DNA of 61,630 bases from Neophaeotheca triangularis (Eukaryota). The stretch covers positions 62,001-123,630 of the forward strand of contig BAAIJX010000061.1 in assembly GCA_054600435.1 (NCBI GenBank), written 5' to 3'. The notes under the pieces were generated by a model that was given only the letters and a program-made list of their open reading frames with translations, did no database searches and was not told the origin of the DNA. A program made the translations under genes and the position numbers. Numbering within the stretch: position 1 is the first letter of the stretch; each line of letters opens with the position of its first letter. This document shows, piece after piece, positions 33,584 to 49,100 of this stretch.

Positions 33584-34905
33584 CGGGATAGTTAAAACCA
33601 ATATGCAAATAGGATACTTTTGACCTAGGAGTGCACTTTTAGCCCAGTCCCTCGTCTGAGTCTCCACGCTATCCTTGTGTCTTGATAGTATGCACCAGTG
33701 GCCTCCACTGCTAGGAACTTTGTCGGCTGGTCACAACAAACGCCATACTTTGTCTTCGACCCAATCACGTCCCGGTTCCTTTTACTAGTATAGAGGAAAG
33801 ATAACTAGCAGCCACCAACTCCAACAAAACTCGAAGGTATGATGATCCTCGCAAGGGACCCAACTTCTGGTTCGCTTCCAATCTTGTCGTCTAGCAGGAT
33901 CAAAAGACCGCCTTTCTTCTACTTCATCGCCCATCAAAACTAATTGGTAGACAGTCCCCGGGTGGCCTCAGACGGCGTTACGGCATCACTGGATAGAGAG
34001 GTATTGCGAGACTCAAACGATAACGTCGATAGGGATGTCGATTTCCTTGCGGTGCGCTAAAGCGTTCTCCCGATTTTAGCTCGTCGTGAAGAGGGCATAA
34101 GAGATGGAGCTAAAGGATGAGATGCAACGGAAGAATGATTGTACAACGTTTATTTCCGTGCGCCGGGAATAAGACACCGACGTTGTTTAAAGATCAGATG
34201 CACCCTTTACATACTACACCAGCAAACTCTTAAACGCGTCGATGCATCTCCATTCGTGAGTTAAGGTGGACTACACTTCCATTGCTGCCCGAGCAGAATA
34301 ACGCAGATGACCGTTTTCCCTCGTAACCGAGTCTTGGTACCTCATGTACCAAGCCTTCTAGAAGCACGCCATGTCTCAGGCGCAACATCCAGCGATCTGC
34401 CACTCCAAGTCCATACAAGAAGACTTCACCTGGGCAATGGTCCTGACTACGTGACGTCCTATCAATTACGCAAACCACGGTGGGACCTTCCCGACCTACA
34501 CTACAAATTCGTAAAGCGAATATCACAAAGCCAAAACGTTTGAAACATCGATTCACGTGCATCTACCTTTCCTATCCCTTCAACCGACGCCAAGTCGACC
34601 AAGACCGTCCAGGTCAACATTCCGCGATCTTCGCCCAATTGCCTGCATCAGGGCTGGAAAGTGATGAAGATGATTGACCGAGTTTTGTCGCCACACAGTA
34701 TACCGCTTTGATATACCTGGTTCAAGTCATGTTAGACCGACAGTCTTGGTGAGCAAGAAAGACGCATCTGCCACTTCCAACAACTGAGCCTGGATTTTCC
34801 CTCTTGGATTGACTCTCTTCTCTATGCATTGAGCCACGTTTCTGCGGCAGGATTCGGCAACGATCATCCCTCCTCCTCCCTCCTCCTCCTCCTCGTCTCC
34901 CCAGG

Positions 34906-36673
34906 ATGAAGTGGTATATTGGTTCTCACGCACCTTGTATGGGCATCTACCACGATGTCAAGAGACGACTACCCTACTACGCCGGCGACTGGAAAGATGC
35001 ATGGAATTATCGAGTCATCCCAGCCATCACCTACATGTATTTCGCCAAGTAAGTAACAGTATTCCCAACTCGAACATTACAACAAGGCTGATATTCAATC
35101 CCCAGCCTCCTCCCCGCCCTGGCCTTTTCATTTGACATGTTTTCTCGAACCGACGACTCCTTCGGCGTGAACGAAGTGCTCCTCGCGCAAGTCATCGGTT
35201 GCGGCATCTACAGCATCTTCGCAGCACAACCGCTCGTTATTGTTGGTGTCACAGGCCCCATCGCCATCTTCGCTTACACCATCTACGACATCGTGACACC
35301 GCAAGGCTACGACTATTTCCAATTCTGGGCTTGGATAGGCATCTGGTCTTTTATCTTTCATGCCCTGTTGGCGATTCTAAACGCTTGCAGTGCGTTGAAA
35401 TATGTCACAAAGTTGCCTTGCGACACCTTCGGCTTGTACATCGCTTTTGTGTATCTGCAAAAGGCAGTGGAGATTTTGCTGCTGCAGTGGGGGTATTCTG
35501 GACCGAATAGTGCGGTGCCCTACCTAGCAATCTCGACGGCATTGTTGGTCGTAATATTCGGATACGCCACCTTCCTTATCGGCAAGACGAGGCTGTTCCG
35601 TCCAGTCTGGCGAAAAGTCATTGAGGATTATGGTCTCCCACTCACCGTCATCTTCTTCAGCGGCTTCGTGCACATCGGAAAGATGAGAGCGGTAGACTTG
35701 CAGGCTCTCCCTGTCGCCGCAGCTTTCCAGCCAACAGCGAACAGAAGCTGGATCATCCCGTTCTGGCAATCCGACGCAAGCACAGTCTTCTACGCCATAC
35801 CCTTTGCCATAGCAGTCACGGTGCTCTTCTACTTCGACCACAACGGTATCCCACGGCCCCTCCCAACTCCATCGCTCCAATCATACTAACCCCCTCCCAG
35901 TCTCAGCCCTAATGTCCCAATCCTCCGACTTCCCGCTCCGCAAACCCCCAGGCTTCCACTGGGACTTTTTCCTCCTCGGCCTCATCCTCTTCATCTGCGG
36001 CATCCTCGGCCTCCCCTTCCCCAACGGCCTCATCCCCCAAGGCCCCCTCCACACCAACGCCCTCTGCGTCTATAAACCCCAAGCCACCACCACCACCACC
36101 ACCAAATCCCCCCCAACAATCTCTCACGTCGTAGAACAGCGCTTCTCCCACCTAGCCCAAGGCCTCCTCTTCCTAACAACCATGGCGCGCCCCTTTCTCC
36201 TCTGCCTAAACCAAATCCCCCAAGCAGTCCTCAGCGGCCTCTTCATGGTAATGGGCCTGCAAGCCCTAACCACCAACGGCGTAGTGGCCAAAATCCTCTT
36301 CCTGCTGCAAGACAAGCACTGCACGCCCGCCGACCACGCTTTCAACTCCGTCAGCCGCCGCGCGCTGTGCTCCGTTCTGGCGCTCCAGGTTCTCGCTTTC
36401 GCCGCCTGCTTTGCCGTCACCCAGACCGTGGCCGCGATTGCTTTTCCCGCTTTTATCGTTCTTATGATTCCGGTGAGGGTTTGGTTGTTGCCGAGGTGGT
36501 TAGCGGAAGGGGATTTGGCGACGTTGGATGGGCCCGTGGCGAGTGGGTTTGTTATGTTGAGTGTGAGTGGTGGGGAAGAGGGGCAGGTCGGTGAGGAAGG
36601 TGGGTTGCCGGTTAGTCAGTCGAGTAGTAGGGAGTCTGGGGATAGGGTTAGGGAGTTGGGAAAGCGGGAGTAG
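34906..36673 (+). CDS. BOR1: Boron/HCO3- transporter (SLC4 family); introns 35049-35105 and 35846-35900; true start could lie in an upstream exon
   Basis: GIYHDVKRRLPYY..DWKDAWNYRVIPA..YMYFAN|LLPALAFS.DM, QPLVIVGVTGPI, LFYFDHN|VS, FPLRKPPGFHWDF, PNGLIPQ.P.HT, VVEQRFS.LAQG. Confidence 0.92.
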
Positions 36674-36886
36674 ACTTGGGATCTAGGTGGATTGGAGGTT
36701 CTGATCCAAAGTCGGTGGAAAATCGTCAAGATCAAAACGCCATCGCTATCATATCTCATGCTTGTAGACGAGAGCAGCGCTTCAAAATATCGTTTGGGAC
36801 CGCCATCATCGCACAGTCCGGAGCACAAACAGCGTATCCACTCCCACGGTCAAAGATTATCTCTTCCCCTTCACAACCAACCAATC

Positions 36887-39681
36887 CTAACGAAAACTTC
36901 CTCCAACAGCACCACCACCACTTCCCCCACCCTCCCCAGCCATACTCAACCTCCCACAAAGCCCCAAGAACACCACCGTCTCAGTCGCAGCGAGATAATT
37001 CAGCGCATCGAGCAGAATCTTCAGATGCCTTGAGAAATGATCCTCATACTGCTGGAGGATAGAAGACAACTTCTCCAACTTCGCGGGGTCGGCAGCGGGA
37101 GGCTTTGTGGCAGTTGAAGCGTTGGGGTTTGGATTGGCGAGAGAGGCGTCGGCGGCGGCGAGGTAGCGCGTTAGACTACTGGTGTAGGATGCGAACATTG
37201 CGCAGGTGGACATGACTTTTGAGTTGATCTGTAGACAGACGGGCTGGTCAGCGAGAGGGGTTGAAATAAAGCAGGGAGCGGCATTGACTTTACCCTCAGC
37301 AGTTTGCTGTTCGTCAGCATGCACTCCTTCAAGCAGGTCGCGAGAAAATCGACATGGTCTTGCATGAGCTCGTCGACGGTTCTCTTGGCTTTGCTCTCGA
37401 ACCCCTTGTTGGCTTCGTTCTCCGTCTCCTCCCCACCCTGCTCCAATCGACTCATGAAACCGGCCCAATTCGGCTCAATGACTTCGTTCGTGCAGTAATA
37501 GAGTAATTGCTGCACAAAACACAACATCCGGCCCCTCAACGTCCAAGCCCGGCGTTTCCAAGCTTCGATTTTCGGGTTTGAAGATCGATGTGTCCAGACG
37601 CGAGTTTTGGTGTGCTCGGTCCAGGAAGATGTGAGTTGGGTCTCCAGATGTCGTAGACTGAGGAGGTAGCGGAAGAGGAGTTGATAGCGGGTGAGAGTTA
37701 CACGGCTGACAACGAGGGAGAGCGGGAAAGGCACGGCGTAGTCGAGGGTTAGAGCTTCGTAGCCGGAGATTTCTTTCTCGTCGCTGCTGTTCGTGCTGAT
37801 TGCGGCGGGGGTATAGGAGGTTAGAGAAGCGTCGGCGTCCATACCTTGTACGTTTACGACGCGCATCAGCCATTGGGTTAGGTTGTGATCGCTCATGACT
37901 ACTTTGACGTCTTCCTTGAAGGGATCCTCAGCGGCTACTGAGCCTGGTTGGCGGAGGACAATGTCTAGAAGTGATTGGAGCTTGTTGGTGTTGACGCCTT
38001 TTGCAGGCTTGCGCAATTCGCTGTGGGTGAGTTCGAGGAAGTAAGAGAAGAAGTCGGAACGCGAGAGGAAGAAGTAGTGTTTGAGAGAGCGGAGTCGGTC
38101 GGGGAGAGCGTGGGTTGTTAGGAGGAGCGTTAAGAGGGAGGCGTTGGCAAAGGCATATGCGGAGCTAACATTGTCGAGAAGTCGGGGGTCGTCGAAAGTG
38201 TGTGGGACGTCCGTACTAGCATCGAGATTGCGGTTGACGTTCTCGATGCCTCCGCACTCTCTTACGACGTTCAGGTATTTGCCTGCTAAGAGTACGCGAT
38301 CCTTTACGTTGTCGAGCTGCGGCGGTATCTGATCGAGTCGTAGAGTGTATCGCTTCTCCCAGTATTCGTCGGTATAGTCTTGCTCCAACCCTTCCCGTCG
38401 TATCGACTTTTGCTCTTTGATGAGGAACTCGCCATGCGGATCTCGCACGTTTCCGTGATGCAGCCATTCGTTCAACATCGCCACATACGGTCGGCTTGCC
38501 TCTCTCAACAGCCTCTCAAGCAGTTGTCGAGCAGCTGGATCTCCCGACATGGATGATAGCCGTCTCGTCACTATTCGAAGTACAGCTCCTCCTTTGCAGA
38601 CTTTCTTTCCAGGTATTGCCGTATCTTTCCCCTCCTTCAAAGACTCCAGTATGTTCTCAAAATCGTCGCTCTGATCCAAGTCGTCTTCGTTGTCAAGCAT
38701 GCTGTTCTCCTTGAGTATCTCATGCGCCACACTGTACAGCTGAAACATCATGTGCGACGTCGACTTGGTGTGCAGATTAAGCTGATGCAAAGTAAAGGCT
38801 GGATTGGTCAGCATCTGATGCTCCAATTGCGCCATCAAGACGAGATAGTCCTTCAGCAGCTTCCTCATAGCAGCACAAAGAGCGTGCGTGACCTTGCCAA
38901 AGTCGTCTCTCGATTGAACTTCAACAAAAGCCTCCACCGCATTATAATGTGTCGCCAATTTGAGCATGCTGCTTGTCAGATCTCGCAGACTCGGGTCAAG
39001 GCCAGCCAGAATCCGAAATTGCGGTCCAGAGAGCTTGCTCTTCTCATCCAGTGGGTTGTAGCTGTCGGCATAGCGAATGTACTGCCCTTCGAAGCCCATG
39101 AACACAAACAGCAAATCCTCAGCTATAGCCGTCTCTTGTGCGTCCAAAGACAACCCGCTCAGCGGCGATGGTTGTATCGAAGCTGGCGCATGAGCTGCTA
39201 GAGGAGGAACAGATACTCTGCAAGCTAACGGGGCGGAAGTGGGTGGTAGAAGTGTTGCTCGTGGACTCCATTTTGGTGCTGCTACTTTGTTACTCAATTG
39301 CGCCCTTTCAATCACGGCGACATAGGAACGCACAATCGACATACCCGAAGCCTCTTCACTCTGTTGCCTTGTCGGCGCTTCTTTTGCCTTTTCTACTTTC
39401 TGAGGGCGTTCGGCTTCTTTGGTTCGACGGTCATCAGCGCTTGAGGTCGCCGTTCCCAGTGGGCTTCGCGTTCTTGATATGTGTGCTTCTCGCGTCAGAG
39501 TCTCTGTCCGAATTTGCGTTGCGTTCGTCGAGCTTTTGCGCGTCACTGTCCTTTTCGACTCCGGCCGTTCATCTGCTATTGGCGATAGAGCTGAGGAAGT
39601 GGGGCGCGTCTTTTGACGAGCTTGGGCGGATGCTCTGCGTTCGGCAACACTTGTTGCACGAGAGGGTGGTTGCGAGGCCAT
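36887..39681 (-). CDS. SPC97: Gamma-tubulin complex component GCP2 (Spc97/Alp4); introns 37229-37293 and 39282-39344; alternative ATG at 39705
   Basis: EDLLFVFMGFEGQYI, DPHGEFLIKE, YTDEYWEKRYTL, LLAGKYLNVVRECG, LRSLKHYFFL, LDYAVPFPLSLVVSR..RYQLLFRYLL, EVIEPNW, H.DFL.TCLKECMLTN. Confidence 0.93.
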
Positions 39682-39992
39682 TTCAATATGCCCTGCGCTC
39701 ACCATGAGCTGTGATGTTTATTACTTTCTCGTCAGTGGTATGCGAATGCTCACCCACGACATGCTTTCCTGTTTGGGAAGACGCGGGGCGCGTCGTATCG
39801 GTAGAACCCCGGCTACTCGCCTTACCTTCTCCCTCTCTCCTCCCCAGGCAGCTTGAGTTGACGACAGCTCCAAACGGGCGTCCAGTGGCAGCTCCAACGA
39901 CATATGTTACAGCTCAAGAAACACTACACCGACTCTCTTCACCTCATTCCCTCTCCAAGCTCATATTAAACTCTTACATCACCACCGTCACC

Positions 39993-40849
39993 ATGTTCAT
40001 CGCAAGGTCCGAATATGGTAAGCATCGTCGCCACCACCCTCACATTCCATACTCTCCACTGACACCCTCCCCCAAGATCGCGGCATCAACACTTTCTCCC
40101 CCGAGGGTCGCCTCTTCCAAGTCGAATACTCCCTCGAGGCCATCAAACTCGGTAGTACAGCCATCGGCGTCAGCACCAGCGAAGGTGTAATCCTCGGAGT
40201 CGAAAAGCGCGTCACCTCCACGCTTCTGGAAACGAGCTCCGTAGAGAAGATCGTCGAGATCGACCGTCACATCGGCTGCGCAATGAGCGGTCTTCAAGCC
40301 GATGCCCGCAGCATGATTGAGCACGCTCGCGTCACCAGCCAAAGTCACGAATTCAGCTATGCTGAGAGGTTGCCCGTGGAGAGCTGCACGCAAGCGATAT
40401 GTGATTTGGCGTTGAGGTTTGGCGAGGGTGCTGAGGGTGAGGAGAGTATCATGAGTAGGCCGTTTGGTGTTGCGCTGCTCATTGCTGGGTACGATGAGAA
40501 CGGGCCGTCGCTGTGAGTAAATTTCACGTTTTAAGAGTGATGTAAGAGAAGGCTGACCCTCTTTATTTGCAGCTACCACGCCGAACCCTCTGGTACTTTC
40601 TACCGCTACGACGCCAAAGCCATCGGTTCCGGCAGCGAGGGTGCGCAAGCCGAACTTCAAAACGAATTCCACAAGTCCCTCACCCTCCCCGAGGCGGAAG
40701 TCTTGACTCTCAAAACACTCAAGCAAGTCATGGAGGAGAAGCTGGATAGTAAGAACGTGCAACTGGCGAGCGTCACCAAAGACAAGGGATTTAGGATATA
40801 TGGTGATGAGGAGATGGAGGGCGTTGTGGGGAGACTAGAAGGTAACTAA
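39993..40849 (+). CDS. PUP2: 20S proteasome subunit alpha-5; introns 40018-40076 and 40513-40572
   Basis: [80 protein letters not shown]. Confidence 0.96.
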
Positions 40850-41313
40850 GGCTGGTGGGTTGAGGGAATAGACGGAACAAGAGCATGTGTAACTATATGG
40901 CATCGGCGAGCGAATGGCGTCATGGCGCTGCGATATGGCTGATGAGGCCGTGGTTGATATGCTAAGAATCGGCTTTTTCATTCACAAAACTCAAGAATTG
41001 AGTGTTTCAAGGCATACATTGAAAGGGTAGAGTAGTCCAATGGGCTTCCAAGGTGTCAAGCGGCCAGATGAGATCGATCAGGTAATGGCTAGCAGATTGC
41101 TGGTGCGCTGACGAGTGTAGATCCATCGCCACGACCAATAAGGCTCAAAAGTACAGTGACAAGAAACCAAGGCGCAGAGGCTACCTAATTACCAGGCACC
41201 GTCCGTCAAACGACGAAGACAAAATCCAGCATCTTAGATCCAATGCGAAAAGCTGTGACACCTCACGGCGAGCTAAAGCACCAATCTCTCACATTGCTCC
41301 TCTTCAGGCTACT

Positions 41314-42357
41314 TTGTTAGTACCAAAAGCAGCAAGAGGAGGTTTGAACAACACTAATGATACTTTTCATAATTCAAGCAGACCACGACACGAGCAAATT
41401 CCGAACAGACAGCATCCCTCGCGGCGTCCTGCGATATCAACGCGACCAGACAGCCCTCCAGCCAATATCGAGGACCTGCTAGCTGCGACCAGAGGATACC
41501 CTCCCTCTACAGCCTTCGTAGCCGCCGACAGCATAAGGATGGGCATTCGCACTGCCGACATCCCTGCGCGGATCGATTTGGGTCAGACCCTGTACTCCGT
41601 GCCCCCAACCTGTCAAAATTATCCAAGTGAAAGCTACAATCACCGCTTGTACCCCACGGCTTCCTCCTCCCGCGCTTTTGCAAGACCGCAAGCAGAGACT
41701 CCTAGACCAGCCGTCCCCACTACGGTCGAAGAACTGAGTGCCTTCATTGACACGTTGCGAGCTAGGAATGCCGTCGTAGCTGAGCGATTAGGCTACGGCG
41801 CCCTCAGGAGGCCACAGGCTGGCGATGGAGTGGATGGAGTCGGCACTCGTTTGGCGCATGCCAGTGTTGCAGCAGAAAGCATGGCCACGTTCACGCCAGG
41901 GGATGTGTCACAACGATTACCAGTCACTCCACAACAGCAGAATTCCCTGACTCCCTTCGCTCGAACGGTATCCACGAGAAAAGCCCTCCACACGCCGGCT
42001 TTCGAATCCATAATCACACCGAACATAATAACGCTCCCACAAGAATCTCATCTTCCAGAACCACAAACCCTCGAATCCAAACCAACGCCCGTCCCCATGG
42101 ACTCAGAACAATGGTTTCCCCACCCACCCCCGTTGTCATTGGATTTCCCCCCACCGCCTGAGGACTTCGATTTCGCTGCAAATCCCTCTTACCCCGAACT
42201 GCTGGATTTCTCTAATTTACGACCATTGGACTCTTTTACTGAAGCGGAGCAAACGATGGATTTGCGGGAAAGAGTGGACTTTTGGACAGCGGAAGGGGAG
42301 CGAGAGCGCGGGATGGTAGCAGACGTGGTGAGGGAGATGTGGCAACAGGGGTGGTGA
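41314..42357 (+). CDS. Hypothetical Pro-rich, low-complexity protein; start uncertain
   Basis: ORF of more than 340 codons lying between conserved genes. No domain recognised. Confidence 0.4.
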   Translation: MLVPKAARGGLNNTNDTFHNSSRPRHEQIPNRQHPSRRPAISTRPDSPPANIEDLLAATRGYPPSTAFVAADSIRMGIRTADIPARIDLGQTLYSVPPTCQNYPSESYNHRLYPTASSSRAFARPQAETPRPAVPTTVEELSAFIDTLRARNAVVAERLGYGALRRPQAGDGVDGVGTRLAHASVAAESMATFTPGDVSQRLPVTPQQQNSLTPFARTVSTRKALHTPAFESIITPNIITLPQESHLPEPQTLESKPTPVPMDSEQWFPHPPPLSLDFPPPPEDFDFAANPSYPELLDFSNLRPLDSFTEAEQTMDLRERVDFWTAEGERERGMVADVVREMWQQGW

Positions 42358-43341
42358 TCACAAACGCTTAGTGGCAGTCTTGTTGGAGATGGAATTGGGG
42401 ACGGCGGTTGAGAACGCGATTTGCGCTTATCAAGACAAGGCACCAGCCGCCTCTTTATTGTTTAACCGTTACCGAGCGATGGAGATGAGGATCTTTGGAA
42501 AGCTGTGCGCAATGAACGCAAAGACTGCCACTGTACTAAGCACCAAGAGCGTCCATAAAGCTAGACTGTGATTTACTCCAAAGGCAGGAGTCTCCTACTT
42601 TTTCCTCCGATATCGACCGCGTCCTGGGGCTTTCAGTATGTACACGCTGGAGTTGGACAGCTTGGGGATCTGACGGGAGAGGGGTGGAGGGGTTTCGGCA
42701 GTAGAATAAAGCGGCAACTTGGAGGGCAGGCTGTGAGGATACGAAGCCCCCTCATGGAAATCGACAAGGATGTGTTGCCTGCCGCGTGAAGATGGCACTC
42801 GGTCAGAGTTGCCGTCGTCTCAATCGTACCAGGCAATTGAATTAAAGACCGTGGTTGACGGCGGATGACTTCGTGGAGCATTTACTGAAACCGATCAACA
42901 CCATTCCCGATAGTCCAAGTCTTGCAGATTAGACAAACGAAATCAATCCGGGCAGGTTGAAATTGTTGGCGGATGGCGTGCTCGAGCGCAAGGGGAAGTA
43001 TCGCGGACATTGAGCGTAGCTTTTTACGTGCCCCGCATTGGAGATGGCGGGGTAGAGTGTGAGTGCAGGTGGGGGGGTTGAATATAAACATCAATATCAC
43101 CCAAGTACCTTCGTGACTCTTTCTTTGTGCTACTGTACCCTCTGTGCCCCAATCGACGACCAATATACACGTTCTCGTTGTTTCCAATAGAGTCTGCGGA
43201 GAAGAACGAGGCGTTGCCCCGGCACAGAAGGCCGGACCGGATACCAACCCGAGAGCTAGTTACCATTTCCTCCTCCAACTAGACAGTTGCATGCCCCGAG
43301 CAGCCTCTCGACTCAAACAACTCCAAGATCAAATCGTCAAT

Positions 43342-44827
<1,486 letters not shown>

Positions 44828-45273
44828 AAGCCGGTGGTTTGAATTAACAGACGGTCATTGCTACTAAAGGTACGTATCAGTTGGTTGAGACTTCGAAGTG
44901 CTGTGTAAGCGTTGTGGGAAAGTTGATTGGCCTTGTCCGAAGATGTCGTGACTACACCGAGGGCGCGCTGCTCGCATACTGGCTCTCCGAAACCTCCATA
45001 GTTGTGAGAGCTGACTTCTCAGTAGCCTGCATCCGTGCGAATCTCGATAAAGAATGTGTCAGTCAAGCCTGGCGTCTCTGTAGCCATCCCATAATCCGCC
45101 CCCTAGTAACCACCTCGTCCAGTCTCAATCGCGTAACCACCACCTCCATACCCAATTTGACCAACTATATAAAGCGTGAAGGGTTGGCAATCGTTCGAAA
45201 AGCCCCATAGCCATCAGCAACAACTTCTTGCTAACTCGCACCGGCGACGGACTCTTCCAAGGAAGCGTCAGTC

Positions 45274-45540
45274 ATGCCCAGCCCTGTATCTCGCATCGCC
45301 GTGCTCAGTCCGACCAACCTTCGTCCCCATGACGACGAGAGTCGGCATCTCCCTCAAAGCCTCCGTGACTGCGCGATGCGAATTCACGCTGCCCAGTCCG
45401 ACCAACCTCACGGTCATACCATAAGGGGTGGCAGTCCCTCCAAAGCCTCCAGGGTACTCGGCGCCGCCGTCTTGTCGGACCCAGCGAAGAAGGCGTCGGT
45501 CGTGCTAGATGCTGCAGCCACTGGGGAATCCCAGCTGTGA
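45274..45540 (+). CDS. Possible small protein (88 aa)
   Basis: TATATAAAG at ~45167, ATG in a GTCATG context, and an internal 15-bp duplicate CAGTCCGACCAACCT. No homology recognised. Confidence 0.25.
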   Translation: MPSPVSRIAVLSPTNLRPHDDESRHLPQSLRDCAMRIHAAQSDQPHGHTIRGGSPSKASRVLGAAVLSDPAKKASVVLDAAATGESQL

Positions 45541-46120
45541 GAGCCTTCACGCCCCCCTAAGCCCCTGAGTCGAGATTTCAGCGCGTGCAAGTGACGTCGT
45601 CGTCGTTGTCGCCAACGCAGGCAGTGAAGCCAACCCCATCCGCACCTAGGCGCGTCCGTTCGGTGAGAGAAGAGGTGAGATGAGAAGCGTGAAAGAGACA
45701 GTCTTGTCGGCCGCAGGCGGAGAGCAAGCCTTGTTGGAAGTGTTGGCACAGTGCGTAAGTAAGCTAGACTACGTACAGTCGGTCCACAAGATCCCTCTTT
45801 CTCGGTCCCGCGAGATTTGAAACAAAGCAACCTAAGGGGTATCTCCTGACCAGAGCGAAGGGCGCACGCGGCGAAAAGCAAGACTCGCAATCGGCGGGGA
45901 CGGGGGCGGCGACAGCGACATCGGCCCGGCGGAGAAAAGCTAAGCAACCCGGTGAAACCTCTTCCGCTGTAATCGTAGCAGTGACTGCATTCTTCTCGTC
46001 TCTATCGTAGAAACCCAGCCTCATCATCAAGCCGAAACGCCTTGCTAAAACCCGACAACAAAGGCACAAAAATGCACTGGCCCATTTCTCCTCCTCCAAT
46101 TCAAACCACCCCCCCGGATA

Positions 46121-49100
46121 TCAAAGCTTCAACCTCATCTGATACCCGACCCCCTCCTCCCCCAACCCACGAACCCACTCCTCAATCACCCTAACCCCAA
46201 CTCTAACCGCAACAAGCGGCTCGGTGCCCACGCCCAACGGCAGCCCAAAACCACCCTCATAACCACCAGGCTCGCCATCAACATCCACGCCCACATCCCC
46301 TTTGAGACTCCTCCCAGCCCAAGTCCGAGGAAAACTGCCCTCCCACCCCGCCTCCCCACCCAACAACCCCGCCTCAACCTCCCTGCGCAAAACCTCCACA
46401 TTCCCACAAACCTCCAAAACCCCTTCAACCCCGCCGACAGCCCTTCCGACTTCACTCTTCGCCAAGCCGCCCTCCTTGCCACTGGCCAGGCGCAAGAAAT
46501 GCCAACTCCCCACCACCCCGACCCCGGCCGCAATCGCCGCGAGCTTTGGAAAGGGGCGAGTGAAATTCTTCACAAAGGGGAGGAAACCTTGGAGACTGCG
46601 CCAGAGTTTTAGGGGCGGGGGGAGAGGGGGCTGGGATGTTGTTGCGAAACGGTCGGCGGCGTGGAAGGCGAGGACGAAGGTTAGGAGGGCTTCGAGGGAG
46701 TGGAGGGCTGCTAGGGTGGTGTGGTGGGTTGAGTTTGGATTGGGATTGGTAGCGCTGGTGCTGGGTTGTTTGGATTTGGTTAGGTGGTCTGAGGCGGTGT
46801 GTTTGAGTTCGCGGCCGAGGGTTTGGAGGCGGGTTTGCTCTGTTGCCCAGGCTTGGGCGACGGGGTTGGCGTTGGAGTTGGTGGGGTGCGGTTGGGAAGG
46901 GGTAGAGGTTGGAGGATGCGAGGGTTTGGTTGTGGAAGCGGGTTGGCTGCTTGAGCTATTGGCGGTAGGCGTCTTAGGCAAGTCGGACGCGGCGGTGTTG
47001 GCAGCGCTGCTTTCTCGCGGGTGCTCGGGTTTGGTGTTGGTGGGTAAATCCCGACGAGCGGACGGCGTGGCCTGTTGAGATTTCTGCGCGCTGGAGACTG
47101 CTGATGGCGTGGGATGGTCGGCTGCGGTGGGTGTGCTTGGGTCTTTGAGGTTTGGGGTTTCGATTTTTGGGCGCTTCTTGGGTGCTGCGTCAGCGCTGTC
47201 GTTGCTGCCTGATGTCTTTGGTTCCTGCTTGAGATCTTCCACGGCTGAGGGTCTCTTGGTGACTATTTGCGATGATCGGGCTGGCTCGGAAGATCGAGAG
47301 GTTATGGACGTTTCGCGCTCCTTGACTTTCTCTATCGGGTCTGGCTTCTTACGCTTGGCAGGCTGTTCGCTTTGGTCGTCTGCAGGACGAGGTCTTTTGG
47401 TAGCAGTTGCTTGTTTGGCTTCTGACTGCTTCTCCTGCTTCGATTCTGTCTGCTTCTTCTCCGCAGGCTTGACCTTTGGCGGCGGACCAATCTTCTGCGC
47501 CACACCCTTGGAATTAGCGTCTCGTTTCGTCGATCCACCTTGCCGCTCAGCCGTCTTCTTTGCCGTAGACTCAGCATCATGCTCGATGTTTGACGACCGC
47601 TCTTTCTGACGTTTGGGAGGCATCCTCAGAATTCTTGCCAGCGTCTCTCGCCTATCGCGTCTGAACTTGAGCTTGACAATCTTGCTCGTAGCCGGCTTGT
47701 CCCCAGCCGATGCTTTCTCAGCGCCTGACTCCTCACCGTACGACCGCTTTGGACTTGAAGCGCGCTTGACAGCTGATGTCGGAGCCTGCACCTTGCGTTT
47801 CTCTACCACGTCAGCAGGAGCAGGAGAATCGGAGGGCGAATCAGTGCCAGCGCGGAACCCATTCTTTGGTTTGGATGAGACGTGTTTCGCCGCGACACTC
47901 TTCGTACTTGGGCGATCACCACTCTTGGAAGCTGAGTTGGGAGCTGAAGAGTTTGGTGTATTCTCAGCTGTCTTGACCGCTTTTGCTCCTTCTGCTTCCT
48001 TGATAGCTTTCTCGATATCTGGGGGCAAATTTGGAGACAATAGTCCAGGTAACGCTAGTACACCGCTGTCTTCACTTGCTCCTCCTTTCAAATGCAGTCC
48101 TTCCTCTTCACTCTTCTCCTCTCCCTTACTCGCCGCCATCCCCTTGCTTTCCCCCTTCTCCACCAGCTGTGATCTGTCGTCCTTCACTTCGGCGCTGGCA
48201 TGGAGCGGCGAAAGCTTGGGCGGTAGAGTTGAGTCAACGCGGTCCTTTGCCGGTAGATGTTCTCCTCTAGCGCTCTCAGAGGGTCCACGGGGCGCAGGAG
48301 AATCAGCGGCCTTTTGCATCCTGGGAGATGGACGCGGGTCGGCCACTTGGTGGTCGTCAGCGTGGACAGGCGGAGCACCTCCGCGCGACGGTCGTCCTCG
48401 CGCTGCTTCCTTCTGAGTTTCTGAGGTGGTATGTTTAGTAAAGGCTGGTGATTTCGGAGGCGATGCGTCATGTCCTGAATTGGTTACCTGCGCCTCCATC
48501 TTCGCCTCCTTCTCGGCCTTTTCCACCCTCGCGCGCTTGTTCTCCATCTCACGGCGAAACTTGTCGCTCTCGCCCTTCACGCCGCTCTGGCCATCGTCGT
48601 CCTCCCTCTTGCGCTTCGTACCCTGACCAGGGACAGCCGCTCCCGCCTTCAAGTCTCCACCGCTAACCCCCTCCCGGCCACTCCCCTTCAACCCCTCCCC
48701 ATTGGCTTCGCCCATACGCTCCTTGGCTACACCACTGGTCTTCGCCTTCCTCTCCACCTTCTCCTCCTTCCCCACCTCCCCCTTCGCCGGGGACGCACCC
48801 TCAGCCGCCGCCTTCTTATTACGGTAGTCCTCGAGGCTGATCTTCTTCTTCGGCATCCCATTTGCCGGCGTTCCTGGGCTCTTCTTCGCCGCCTTGGCCA
48901 CGTACGATGGTACTTGCTTGAACAGCTGCGTCTCTTCGGCGCCCTGCTCGTGGATGGCGTAGGTGAGGTACTGAGCATCGTTGTGCTCGCCGGGGAGGAA
49001 GGGAGTCTCTTGCAGCCATTGGTTTCGTGGGTAGGGGTTCTTGTCGGCGGGTGGATGGTGGTATCGTGGGGTGTTGTCTTCGTGTGGAATGGTGAGGACG

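Noticed and set aside
34230..34677. Possible gene remnant upstream of BOR1, one frame with two stops ending ...GLESDEDD*
   Set aside because: No recognisable motif; it cannot be distinguished from a chance frame.
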